From Clostridia bacterium (GTDB lineage: Bacteria; Bacillota; Clostridia; Oscillospirales; CAG-272): a stretch of DNA of 64,000 nt. Where the stretch lies: contig JAFTRA010000019.1 of assembly GCA_017462485.1 (NCBI GenBank), positions 28,941-92,940 of the forward strand, read 5' to 3'. Every line of letters starts with the position of its first letter. Position 1 is the stretch's first letter. The translations under genes and the position numbers were made by a program. Positions 32,894-42,238 of the stretch are shown piece after piece. A model generated the notes under the pieces. It saw only the letters and a list, made by a program, of their open reading frames with translations. It did not search any database and had not been told where the DNA came from.

Positions 32894-34303
32894 TTAGTTG
32901 CCCTTGACGTCTTTTATTATCTTCTTTATGTCACTGTCGGTCTTTATCATTGTTTTTATATTCGTATTGACTCTGTCGCACGAAGCCATAACTGTACTGT
33001 GGTCTCTTGAGAAGATATTACCGATTTCCTTAAACGATTTGTCCGTAAGCTTTCTGATTATGTAAATAGCTATATGTCTTGCGTTAGCAACCGCGTCGGT
33101 CTTCTTCTTGGATTTTATTTCATCAACGGTAACTCCGTAATATTTACCAACCGTAGCAATTATTTTGTCGATAAGAATATCCATTGGAATATTTCCGGGG
33201 TCTATAACCGAGATAACCTCGTCAATAGCTTCCTTGGTAACCTCTCTTCCCGTCATAGCATTTATAGCGCCAAGCTTCTTTATAACGCCCTCTATCTGAC
33301 GTATATTCTCGTGAAGCCTGCTTGCCATATATTCTACGAGGTCGTTGGAAATTTCAAGACCTATTGACTGGGACTTTTTCTTTATGATAGCTGCTCTGAG
33401 TTCGGGGCTCGGTGGTTGAATATCAGCTATAAGTCCGCCCTCAAATCTTGTACGCAATCTGTCCTCAAGAGGCTTTATTTCGTGAGGAGGACGGTCGGAG
33501 GTAAGAATAATCTGCTTGTTTGATTCGTAGAGGTAAGAGAAGGTATGGAAGAATTCTTCCTGCGTAGAAACCTTTCCCGCTATAAACTGAATATCGTCGA
33601 TAAGAAGAACGTCAGCTCCACGATATTTTTCTTTAAATTCCTGAGTCGAGTAATTTGAAATAGCCGAAATAAGCTCGTTCATAAAGTCTTCGCACTTTTT
33701 ATAGACAATCTTAAGCTTCGGATATTTTATCTTCATATGATTTATGACTGCGCAAAGAAGGTGAGTTTTACCGAGTCCCGAATTACCGTGAATGAAAAGG
33801 GGATTGAAGTCGGTCGCGGGAGTATTGGCTACCGCATAGCACGCCGCCTTGGCAAACTTATTTGAAGCGCCCTCTATAAAGTTATCGAAGGTATATTCGT
33901 CAAGAATATTTTTCTTTTCATCGCCGTCGCTTTTTGATGTATCGTCAAGAAGAGCCTTTATTTTCTTTTCTCTCTCTTCGTTTTCGAGGGCTTCCTCTTT
34001 TGTGGGAGTAAGATTAAGAGGGTCGGGCTCTTTTCCAATTGCCGCAAGCTCTTCGCGGGATACTATCTTTACGTTTATATTGAAGCCGAGAAGCTCGGAT
34101 AAGGATTCGGTAATTATATCCATATATTTGCTTATGAGGATTCTTTTGCGAAGCTCTGTCGGCGTAGAGAAGACAGCTTCCTTCTCGGTTAGAGAAATAA
34201 GAAGAAAATCTCCGAACCAAAGCTTAAAGGTAGATGGCGCCGCATTGAACTTTGATTCAAGAGAGGGCATCATCATATCCACAATATACTGTAAATCGTT
34301 CAT
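32894..34303 (-). CDS. dnaA: chromosomal replication initiator DnaA
   Basis: AAA+ Walker A GNSGLGKTHL, DDIQF, and a C-terminal DNA-binding domain (...RDHSTVMAS). AAAGGA RBS. Confidence 0.98.
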   Translation of the reverse strand: MNDLQYIVDMMMPSLESKFNAAPSTFKLWFGDFLLISLTEKEAVFSTPTELRKRILISKYMDIITESLSELLGFNINVKIVSREELAAIGKEPDPLNLTPTKEEALENEEREKKIKALLDDTSKSDGDEKKNILDEYTFDNFIEGASNKFAKAACYAVANTPATDFNPLFIHGNSGLGKTHLLCAVINHMKIKYPKLKIVYKKCEDFMNELISAISNYSTQEFKEKYRGADVLLIDDIQFIAGKVSTQEEFFHTFSYLYESNKQIILTSDRPPHEIKPLEDRLRTRFEGGLIADIQPPSPELRAAIIKKKSQSIGLEISNDLVEYMASRLHENIRQIEGVIKKLGAINAMTGREVTKEAIDEVISVIDPGNIPMDILIDKIIATVGKYYGVTVDEIKSKKKTDAVANARHIAIYIIRKLTDKSFKEIGNIFSRDHSTVMASCDRVNTNIKTMIKTDSDIKKIIKDVKGN

Positions 34304-34372
34304 TTTAAACCGTCCTTTCTTATAGATTAGCCGTATTTAATTTTGGCCGGTAAACAGGGAAAATAACTATTA

Positions 34373-34558
34373 TTATCCACTATATAATATATAACACTAA
34401 TATTATAACATATAAATATTTAAAATGCAAGCAAAAGTTAGCAAAAAACTTTAATAAAAGTGGAAAACTTTTTAACATTTTAACACCTTTTATAAGAAAT
34501 TAACGTGATATTAAGAAATAAAAAGCCAAAAAATAAAATGTAAATAGAATTTTACACA
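34373..34558. promoter_or_regulatory. oriC: oriC upstream part: DnaA boxes and an AT-rich stretch
   Basis: TTATCCACT 34373, AGTGGAAAA 34459, TTTTACACA 34550. The stretch 34382-34430 is almost pure AT. Confidence 0.55.
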
Positions 34559-34601
34559 GAAAAATGAAAGATAAAAAGAGCTTCTTTTTAATAAAAAGAA
34601 G

Positions 34602-34629
34602 AAAAAACCGCAAAAAACTGCGGTTTTTT
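34602..34629. terminator. rho-independent terminator after spoVAE
   Basis: AAAAAACCGCA, 6-nt loop, TGCGGTTTTTT. Confidence 0.7.
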
Positions 34630-34676
34630 CTTAGAAAAATATTTTTTTAATAATAGAAATTAACGGAAAATAATAA

Positions 34677-35045
34677 TCAAGTTCTTTTTGATTTGCTTTT
34701 AAAAATAAGAGCGGCAAGATAACCGAAAATAAGAGCGGAGGAGCAGCCTACGGCGGAAGCGGTAAATGGACCCATAAGAGAGCCGAGAAGTCCGTTTTCA
34801 TCAACGGATTCCATAACTCCCTTTGCTACGTTTGCACCAAAGCCTATAAGGGGAACTGAAGCTCCGGCTCCGGCAAGGTCAAACAGGGGCGTGTAAAGTC
34901 CTACGCCACCGAGAAAAACTCCAAAGCAAACGTAAAGTACCAGAATTCTTGCGGGGGTGAGGCGTGTTAAGTCTATAAGAAGCTGCGCGACAACGCAAAT
35001 CAAACCGCCAATTAGAAAAGCCATTAAAAGCTTAAATAAATCCAA
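34677..35045 (-). CDS. spoVAE: stage V sporulation protein AE (SpoVAEB-like)
   Basis: 122-aa polytopic membrane protein following spoVAC and spoVAD. TTG start preceded by AAAGGAG. Confidence 0.85.
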   Translation of the reverse strand: MDLFKLLMAFLIGGLICVVAQLLIDLTRLTPARILVLYVCFGVFLGGVGLYTPLFDLAGAGASVPLIGFGANVAKGVMESVDENGLLGSLMGPFTASAVGCSSALIFGYLAALIFKSKSKRT

Positions 35046-35057
35046 AATTTAACTCCT

Positions 35058-36065
35058 TTATTCTTCGTATTCTATTTGTATAGCGGGGGCTATACCTAAA
35101 ATGTTATCGCCCTGGGAAACGCTGGAGGTACTCATAAGAGCTCCCGTTGAAAGAAAAAGAATTTTTCTTAATTCTCCACGTTCTATTTTTGGGAGAATAA
35201 ATGATGCGAGAACCGATGCGGAGCAGCCGCACCCCGACGCTCCCGAGTGAACGTCTTGAGTATCAAAATCATAGAGCAAAAGACCGCAGTCGTTGTGAAG
35301 AGATGCAAGCTTTGTGCCGTAGCGTGTTATTTTTTCGCGTAGCATATCCTCAAGAATATTGCTTCCCACGTGACCGAGGTCTCCCGTCATAATAAGGTCA
35401 AATTCGTCGGGATTGTTTTCCTTAAAAAATGAATTTATAGAGTCAAAAGCTCCAAGCGCCATAGCAGCGCCCATATTACTTTGGTCCTTTGTGTAGCCGT
35501 CAATAGCCTTACCCGGCATAAAAGCGGTAATTTTTATATGAGACTTTTCCTTACCCAGAATAAATGCTCCCGAAGCCGTTGCCGTCCACTGCGCAGAGGG
35601 GGCTCTCTGACCGCCGTATTCAAGAGGAGTTCTAAATTGCCTTTCGGCAGCGCTGTTGTGGGAAGAGGTTACCGAAGCGCCGCGCGTGTAAGTTTTTGAC
35701 GTTGAAAGCATAGCGGATAGAACCAGAAGTCCCTCGGTACAGGTAGAGCAAGCGCCGTAAAGACCGAGAAAGGGAATACCAAAGGTGAAAAGACCGCCAG
35801 ACGAGGCAACGCACTGATTCTGCAAATCCCCTGCAACGAGAACATTGAGGTCTGACGGAGAAAGATTCTTCTTTTTTAAAGCAATATTGAGGTTTATTCT
35901 TGCCATTTCCGCCTCTGCCTTTTCACAGGTTTTCATACCGAAGAGGTCGGAGTTGTCGATAAAATCAAAATTTTTGCCAAGAGGTCCTCGTCCCTCCTCA
36001 AAGCCGCCCGTGGCTGAATAGGATTCAAAATAAACAGGTTTTTCAAGATAGGTTATTTTCTGCAT
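35058..36065 (-). CDS. spoVAD: stage V sporulation protein AD
   Basis: 335 aa, thiolase/KAS-like fold sequence typical of SpoVAD (YGACST..., GCGCSA). Confidence 0.92.
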   Translation of the reverse strand: MQKITYLEKPVYFESYSATGGFEEGRGPLGKNFDFIDNSDLFGMKTCEKAEAEMARINLNIALKKKNLSPSDLNVLVAGDLQNQCVASSGGLFTFGIPFLGLYGACSTCTEGLLVLSAMLSTSKTYTRGASVTSSHNSAAERQFRTPLEYGGQRAPSAQWTATASGAFILGKEKSHIKITAFMPGKAIDGYTKDQSNMGAAMALGAFDSINSFFKENNPDEFDLIMTGDLGHVGSNILEDMLREKITRYGTKLASLHNDCGLLLYDFDTQDVHSGASGCGCSASVLASFILPKIERGELRKILFLSTGALMSTSSVSQGDNILGIAPAIQIEYEE

Positions 36066-36073
36066 ACGTTACC

Positions 36074-36517
36074 TCATGAAAAAAGCGTTACGAAATAGTA
36101 TATAACGCCGAGAATACTTCCCGAGAGAATTGCGTAAAGAATTACGGGACCCGCAACGGTAAATATTTTTGAGCCTACACCGAGTATAAGTCCCTCTGCC
36201 TTTGTGTCAATAGCCGAGGAAACAACGGAGTTTGCAAAGCCCGTAACAGGAACTAAAGTTCCCGCACCCGCATACCGTGCTATATTATCGAAAACGCCAA
36301 GGCCCGTAAGAAGAGCCGAAACAAAGATAAGCGTTACCGTAACCAATGTATAAGAGGTTTGCTCTTCGGCACCGAAATAAATATAAAGAGACGCGAGAAT
36401 TTCACCGATAGCAGAGATAGCTCCGCCAAAAACAAATGCCAAAAGGCAGTCCTTAAATATCGGAGATTTTGGAGTGTGCCGCTTTATTCGCTTTTTATAA
36501 TCCTTTGAGTTTTCCAT
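36074..36517 (-). CDS. spoVAC: stage V sporulation protein AC
   Basis: 147-aa membrane protein (TPKSPIFKDCLLAFVFGG...YAGAGTLVPVTGFANS), first gene of the AC-AD-AE trio. Confidence 0.9.
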   Translation of the reverse strand: MENSKDYKKRIKRHTPKSPIFKDCLLAFVFGGAISAIGEILASLYIYFGAEEQTSYTLVTVTLIFVSALLTGLGVFDNIARYAGAGTLVPVTGFANSVVSSAIDTKAEGLILGVGSKIFTVAGPVILYAILSGSILGVIYYFVTLFS

Positions 36518-36668
36518 AAAAGCCTCTTTTCTTTGTTTTTAGACTGAAGTAGTTTTACTTGATTTTTTACCAAAAATATCTTCTGTATTCAAAATAAATG
36601 AAAATCAATAAAAAAAAGAAAACCGCACCAAAAGCTTTGTAATAAAAGCTTATCAATACGGTTTTCAT

Positions 36669-37103
36669 TTAAAAGGTTAATTTCTCTGCAAAGGCTATTA
36701 AATCAAAATTCAAAAAAAGAAAGAAGTTTTTTACGAAAAAATTCAGTATTAAAAGTATGGGTATAATCAAAATCGGTTTATATCCGATTTTTTTGATAAA
36801 TGAAAAATCGTTTTTTACAAAACAGACGACAAAAAGTAAGTCGAATATAAAAAGCAGAAGCGCCGCGGTAGGTACGGCGGGAAAGAGGATAAAGGATTTT
36901 ATAAAATCAAAATTTAAAAGAGCGAGAAGCGAGCGAGAGCCTCCGCACCCCATACAGTAAAAGCCGAGAGCAGAATAAAATCGGCAGGTAAATATTTTAC
37001 CGCCCGTGGATATAAAGGCAAATCTATAGAGAAGAGAAATTAAAAGTAAAAGAAAATTAAAAATTATAAGTAAAGCAAGATATTTTTTTTTATTTTTTTC
37101 CAT
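36669..37103 (-). CDS. DUF2752-like membrane protein
   Basis: The CxxxxxxGxxCxGCGGSRS motif (CRFYSALGFYCMGCGGSRS) followed by TM segments. Confidence 0.7.
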   Translation of the reverse strand: MEKNKKKYLALLIIFNFLLLLISLLYRFAFISTGGKIFTCRFYSALGFYCMGCGGSRSLLALLNFDFIKSFILFPAVPTAALLLFIFDLLFVVCFVKNDFSFIKKIGYKPILIIPILLILNFFVKNFFLFLNFDLIAFAEKLTF

Positions 37104-37250
37104 AATATCCCCCTGTTTTGACTTTACACATAGATATTTTAATACAAGTTAGAAATAAAATCAAGACAGAAATTACCGTTATATTAGGATAATACAAAAT
37201 ACCCTAAAATTAACATTTTTTCGGTATTGAATTTTTGTAGTTTTTCTATA

Positions 37251-37279
37251 TTGACAAGGATTTAAAAAAACAGTATAAT
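37251..37279 (+). promoter_or_regulatory. sigmaA-type promoter
   Basis: TTGACA, 17 nt, TATAAT. Lies 54 nt upstream of the 37333 start. Confidence 0.6.
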
Positions 37280-37332
37280 TATAATCAGGAAAGTATTTTT
37301 TTTTGCTTCAAAAACGGAAAGGATAACAAGAT

Positions 37333-37818
37333 ATGGATAGAAAAGACGACTTCTGGAATAATTCAGAAGAAAATAATACTCCTTTCGAAGCTGCATCTTC
37401 GAGTGAAAATACGGATTTAGAAAACAAAGCCTTGGCAACGCCCGAGACGTATTATCATAATATAAACACTCCCGAGGGGGAAAAAGAAGACAGATATTAT
37501 GAAATATTTGATAAGAGCAAAAAAACTATGGGCTGGTCGGTTGCGTCCCTTGTGCTTGGAATAGTGTCGGTGCTCTGCTGCTGTCTTGGCTGGGTAGGAC
37601 TCTTGATGGGAGCGCTTGCTATCGTTTTTGCGGTAGTTTCGAGAGTGTCGCTCGGCTACTTTGACGGAATGTCAATAGCGGGACTTATACTTGGAATTTT
37701 CGGAGTCGTTTTCGGAGGCGTTATGCTCGGAATTACGCTCTTAGCCGCAACTGATGAGTTTAAATCGTATACTGAGCAGTTTCCGATAGAGGAATACTAT
37801 AATAATTTTGATTTTTGA
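37333..37818 (+). CDS. DUF4190-like membrane protein
   Basis: Acidic N-terminal region, then GWSVASLVLGIVSVLCCCLGWVG and a second TM segment. Confidence 0.65.
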   Translation: MDRKDDFWNNSEENNTPFEAASSSENTDLENKALATPETYYHNINTPEGEKEDRYYEIFDKSKKTMGWSVASLVLGIVSVLCCCLGWVGLLMGALAIVFAVVSRVSLGYFDGMSIAGLILGIFGVVFGGVMLGITLLAATDEFKSYTEQFPIEEYYNNFDF

Positions 37819-37844
37819 TTAATTAAAAAAAAGGAATTTATTCA

Positions 37845-39608
37845 ATGAGCATATTTGATTTATTATCTTTGCTCTGTGGTTTAGCCCTCTTCCTTTACGG
37901 AATGGACGTAATGGGAGAGTCACTTAAAAAGAGCGCGGGAAACAAATTGAAAATGATTTTGGCAAAGATGACGTCAAGTCCGATAAGAGCATTTCTTCTT
38001 GGTCTTGGAGTTACGGCAATTATTCAGTCATCTTCCGCTACTACTGTTATGGTTGTTGGTTTCGTTAACTCAGGAACAATGGCTTTGACCCAAGCGGTCG
38101 GTGTTATTATCGGAGCTAACGTAGGTACTGCTGTAACCGCGTGGATAACAGCCTTGTCCGGTGTTGGAGGAGAGGCTGCTGAGTCTATCGGTTGGATTGA
38201 ATGGTTAAAGCCTGATTCGTGGATGCCAATACTCGCTGTTATAGGAATTTGCCTACTTATGTTTGCAAAAAGAGGCAAAAAGAAGGATGTTGGTTGTATT
38301 CTTCTCGGCTTTGCTGTTCTTATGGTTGGTATGAGTATGATGTCGGGAGCCGTGTCGGGACTTAAGAATGATGAAGGCTTTAAATCTATACTTACAATGT
38401 TTTCAAACCCCATTTTAGGTTCACTTGCAGGTTTGATTCTTACCACTATAGTTCAGTCTTCGTCAGCGTCTATTGGTATTCTTCAGTCACTTACCGTTAC
38501 GGGAGCTATTACTTACGGTGCCGCAATTCCGATAATAATGGGACAAAATATAGGTACTTGTGTAACAGCACTCATTTCGTCTCTCGGAGCCGGAAAAAAC
38601 GGAAAAAGAGCCGCTATGGTTCACCTTTATTTCAACATAATCGGTGTTGTCATATGGCTTTCCGTATTCACAATTTCCAATGCGATTTTCAGCTTTGAAT
38701 TTGCAAATCAAGCTATTGATATGTGGGGTGTCGCGGGAGTTCATACCATATTTAAGATTCTTTCGGTTATAGCAATATCTCCGTTTTATAAGCAGCTCGA
38801 AAAGCTTTCGGTTCTTACAATTAAGGATAAGAAGGATGAAAACGAGAAGACTAATCTTCTTGACGAGCGTCTTTTCAATACGCCCTCAATAGCAGTTGAG
38901 AGCGCAAGCATAGTTACCTCTTCTATGGCGGATATTGCTTGCGACGCTCTTAAAAAGGCTCTCGTCCTCTTTGATAAGTATGACGCAAAGCTTGCCGACG
39001 AAATAAGAGACCTTGAGGGCAAGGCAGACCAATACGAAGATGCGATAGGCTCGTATCTTGTAAAGCTCTCGGCTTACGATATGTCAGAGGCTGATTCCAA
39101 TCAGATAACCAAGCTTCTTCATCTTATAGGAGATTTTGAGAGAATTTCCGACCACGCTGTGAATATAGTTGAGTCGGCAGAGGAAATGACGGATAAGAAA
39201 ATTGAGTTTTCGAGTGAGGCTCGGCGTGAAATTTCCGTTATGAAGCGTGCGGTTTCCGATATAGTTGAGATGACTCATAAGGCATTTATTGAGAACGATA
39301 TAAAACTTGCGGAGAACGTTGAGCCCTTAGAAGAGGTAGTTGACGGTATAAGAGATAAAATCAAGCTCGGTCACATTAAGAGACTTCAAAAGAGTGAGTG
39401 TAGTATTGAGCACGGATTTGTTCTTTCGGATATACTCAACAACTTTGAGCGTGTGTCTGACCACTGCTCCAATATAGCCGGCTGCGTTATCGAAATTTCT
39501 AAGTATGACTCTCTTAATATGCATCAGTATATGGACGAGGTTAAGAACGATAAAGCGCACTTCAACAAAAAGGTTCAAGAATATAAGGCTGTTTACAGTT
39601 TAGATTAA
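37845..39608 (+). CDS. Na/Pi cotransporter family protein with PhoU-like C-terminal domain
   Basis: LFLYGMDVMGESLKK, repeated QSSSA(T/S) segments, and C-terminal PhoU-like repeats (ERISDHAVNI / ERVSDHCSNI). Confidence 0.9.
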   Translation: MSIFDLLSLLCGLALFLYGMDVMGESLKKSAGNKLKMILAKMTSSPIRAFLLGLGVTAIIQSSSATTVMVVGFVNSGTMALTQAVGVIIGANVGTAVTAWITALSGVGGEAAESIGWIEWLKPDSWMPILAVIGICLLMFAKRGKKKDVGCILLGFAVLMVGMSMMSGAVSGLKNDEGFKSILTMFSNPILGSLAGLILTTIVQSSSASIGILQSLTVTGAITYGAAIPIIMGQNIGTCVTALISSLGAGKNGKRAAMVHLYFNIIGVVIWLSVFTISNAIFSFEFANQAIDMWGVAGVHTIFKILSVIAISPFYKQLEKLSVLTIKDKKDENEKTNLLDERLFNTPSIAVESASIVTSSMADIACDALKKALVLFDKYDAKLADEIRDLEGKADQYEDAIGSYLVKLSAYDMSEADSNQITKLLHLIGDFERISDHAVNIVESAEEMTDKKIEFSSEARREISVMKRAVSDIVEMTHKAFIENDIKLAENVEPLEEVVDGIRDKIKLGHIKRLQKSECSIEHGFVLSDILNNFERVSDHCSNIAGCVIEISKYDSLNMHQYMDEVKNDKAHFNKKVQEYKAVYSLD

Positions 39609-39634
39609 AATAACTTTGTTAAGCTAGCAAAAAA

Positions 39635-39676
39635 ATAAAACGGTGAGGATACGTTTTGGTATCTTTACCGTTTTAT
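39635..39676. terminator. bidirectional rho-independent terminator
   Basis: 16-bp stem AAAACGGTGAGGATAC / GTATCTTTACCGTTTT (two G-U pairs), then a T-run. Between convergent genes. Confidence 0.75.
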
Positions 39677-39741
39677 TTTTGCGTATTGCGTTTTGTTAAA
39701 AACTTTTACAGCAATCTTAAGAGAAAAGTCCGCTCCAAAAA

Positions 39742-41043
39742 TTACTGTTTTTCCTTTGCTTCCATCTGTCGCTTTACTTCTTCTCTCGCGCTCGTCTTTT
39801 CGTGAGTTTTGATATCTCCCGACTTGATGAGTGACATCTTTGTAAGAGAAGGACCTACAATTTCATAGATAAGCACCGCAAAGAGAGTTATGTTTCTTAC
39901 GATAGCGCCCTCCGGACCAAGCTCCATAGCCTTTATTGCCATACCGAGAGCAACGCCTGCCTGGGGAAGAAGGGTTATACCGAGATATTTTACTATATGT
40001 GGGTCGCATTTTGTAATTCTCGCGCTGATTCCCGCGCCGAAGTATTTACCGAGTGAGCGAGAAATTATATAAATGATACCTATAATGACTACGGCAATAT
40101 CGAGGAATACCGAGAGGTCGAGCTCCGCTCCGCTTATAACGAAAAAGAGAATGAGAATAGGAGCAGTCCATCTGTCCGCTCTGTCCATAAGCTCTTCGGA
40201 AAAGTCGCATACGTTGCAGAACACTGTTCCGAGCATCATACAGGAGAGAAGCGAGGAGAATGCTACGTGTATTCCGGCAACCTCAAATTTGAGACTTGAT
40301 ATTGCAACCGTCATCATAACGAAGGTAACGGATACTGCCATACGCTTTGAGCGGGAATGGAAATATCTCTCGCAAAGAGTAAAGAGAAGACCCATAACAA
40401 AACCGAGTATAAGAGAAAGAACGACCTCAATAATCGGCTCGAGCACAACGGAAAGCACGTCGACTTTTCCTATACTGAGTGATTTTGCAATACCGAACGA
40501 TACTGCAAAGACAACGAGACCGACAGCGTCGTCAAGAGCAACAACGGGGAGAAGGATATCGGTGAGCTTACCCTTAGCCTTGTACTGACGAACAACCATA
40601 AGGGTTGCTGCGGGAGCCGTCGCGGTTGCTACCGCTCCGAGCACGATAGCTGCGGAAAGAGAGAATTTATCGGGCATAATAAAGTGAAGCGCGATAAGGA
40701 ACAAATCTACCGTGAGGGTAGTGAAAAGTGCTTGGAAAACGCCTATAACGGTCGCCTGCTTACCAATCTTTTTGAGCTGAGCGAGACGGAACTCGTTACC
40801 CATAGAGAATGCGATAAATCCGAGAGCAACGTCGGCAATAATGCCGAAGCCCTCTATCTGACTGTGAGTTATACCGATACCGTCAACTCCTATTGCGCCG
40901 AGGCAGAACGGACCGATAAGAACGCCGGCGATAAGATAAGCAGTAACGGCGGGAAGCTGCACCAGCTTTGCAAGTCTTGATAAAAGAAGTCCCGATAGAA
41001 GTGCTATCGAAAGGCTTAATAGAATACCTGCTGTCTGTGACAT
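39742..41043 (-). CDS. cation:proton antiporter (Na+/H+ exchanger family)
   Basis: 433-aa polytopic protein with LPAVTAYLIAGVLIGP, typical of CPA-family exchangers. Confidence 0.85.
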   Translation of the reverse strand: MSQTAGILLSLSIALLSGLLLSRLAKLVQLPAVTAYLIAGVLIGPFCLGAIGVDGIGITHSQIEGFGIIADVALGFIAFSMGNEFRLAQLKKIGKQATVIGVFQALFTTLTVDLFLIALHFIMPDKFSLSAAIVLGAVATATAPAATLMVVRQYKAKGKLTDILLPVVALDDAVGLVVFAVSFGIAKSLSIGKVDVLSVVLEPIIEVVLSLILGFVMGLLFTLCERYFHSRSKRMAVSVTFVMMTVAISSLKFEVAGIHVAFSSLLSCMMLGTVFCNVCDFSEELMDRADRWTAPILILFFVISGAELDLSVFLDIAVVIIGIIYIISRSLGKYFGAGISARITKCDPHIVKYLGITLLPQAGVALGMAIKAMELGPEGAIVRNITLFAVLIYEIVGPSLTKMSLIKSGDIKTHEKTSAREEVKRQMEAKEKQ

Positions 41044-41127
41044 AAAAGATACGCCTTCTTTCTTTTTTAAAATATGTTTTAATACCGATTAAATAATATA
41101 GCACTTTAAGGGTTAAAAGTCAACCGC

Positions 41128-41160
41128 TTTTTGAAATTTGGTTTGAAACGTGGTTTGAAT
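41128..41160 (+). repeat. three direct repeats of (G)GTTTGAA at 11-12-bp spacing
   Basis: TTTTGAAATTTGGTTTGAAACGTGGTTTGAAT, in the spacer upstream of the PocR/AraC gene. Confidence 0.5.
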
Positions 41161-41258
41161 TTTAAAAAAGCTCCTTGAAAAATCTTCAAAGAAGTGCTAT
41201 TCTATAAATAGAAAAAAAGAATAAAAACAAATTATTTTTCTATTTTTAGGGGTTTAAT

Positions 41259-42086
41259 ATGATAGATTTCAGTATGAAGGAGCTTTCTGAGCTTATCAAG
41301 GATTTAAATATTGTGACTCATATCAAATGCGTTCTTTACGATGAGAATTTTAAGCCGCTTTATCACTATGAGATGGAAAGAAGCGGATTTTGCTCGATTA
41401 TAAGAAGCAATCCCGAATACTATGAAAGATGTATTGCTTCGGATATGCAGGGCTTTAAAAAATGCACGGAAAGCGGCGGAGCGTGTACGTATAAATGTCA
41501 TATGGGGCTGTACGAGACCTTAACTCCTATAAAAAGCGGAGGATTGACAATAGGCTTTATTTTGGTAGGACAGAGGATTGGAGCCTCGGATTACGAAAAA
41601 ATAAAGAAAAATATAGAGAGCTTTCCCGAAAAAGATAAAAGAGAAGCGCTTTACAGAGAGCTTGAACGTGTCAGAACGGTTACCGATGAAGAGATAGAGT
41701 CAATGTCGAGACTCGTGAAGATTTGCACCTCTTACATAGAAATGAAAAAGCTAGTCAGCCGCAGGGATGCCCCGACAAAGCAGCTCGTGGAAGAATATAT
41801 TGCAGAAAACATAAGGTATAAGATAGATATAGAGGCTTTGTCAAGGGCTTTTGGTATGTCAAAAAGCAGCCTTTACAGCTTTTCGGTAAAAAATTTCGGT
41901 ATGGGAATATCCGAATACGTAATGAAAATGAGGCTTGAGAAAGCCGCAGAGCTTCTTCTCTCCGAAGACTTAACCGTATCTGAGATATCCTCTCTTGTCG
42001 GAATATATGACACAAATTATTTCGTAAAGCTATTCCGCAAAAAGTACGGACTTTCTCCTAAAAAGTGGAAAAATACTCAAAAATAA
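41259..42086 (+). CDS. AraC-family regulator with N-terminal PocR-like sensor domain
   Basis: Cys-rich PocR-like segment (CSIIRSNPEYYERC...CTYKCHMGL...VGQ) plus a C-terminal AraC HTH (YFVKLFRKKYGLSPKKW). Confidence 0.8.
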   Translation: MIDFSMKELSELIKDLNIVTHIKCVLYDENFKPLYHYEMERSGFCSIIRSNPEYYERCIASDMQGFKKCTESGGACTYKCHMGLYETLTPIKSGGLTIGFILVGQRIGASDYEKIKKNIESFPEKDKREALYRELERVRTVTDEEIESMSRLVKICTSYIEMKKLVSRRDAPTKQLVEEYIAENIRYKIDIEALSRAFGMSKSSLYSFSVKNFGMGISEYVMKMRLEKAAELLLSEDLTVSEISSLVGIYDTNYFVKLFRKKYGLSPKKWKNTQK

Positions 42087-42153
42087 TCAAAAATACTATA
42101 AAATAAAATTTGTTTTCTATTAGTAATAAAAATAAATGTGATATATTTATTTT

Positions 42154-42177
42154 GAAAAGCGAGATTTATCGCTTTTC
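42154..42177 (+). terminator. rho-independent terminator candidate
   Basis: GAAAAGCGA, loop, TCGCTTTTC, followed by CGTATCTTTTTT. Confidence 0.6.
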
Positions 42178-42238
42178 CGTATCTTTTTTAGGTATAAATC
42201 TATAAGATTTAAAACTTTAAATTTTAGGAGGAATAGAT

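Noticed and set aside
36518-36668. Forespore sigma (sigmaF/sigmaG) promoter upstream of spoVAC. Candidate: TGAATA-N14-GGTAAAAAAT on the minus strand.
   Set aside because: The match to the recalled consensus (GHATR-N17/18-CATXHTA or GCATR-N15-GGHRARHTX) is off in spacing and at a key base. I cannot support it from sequence alone.
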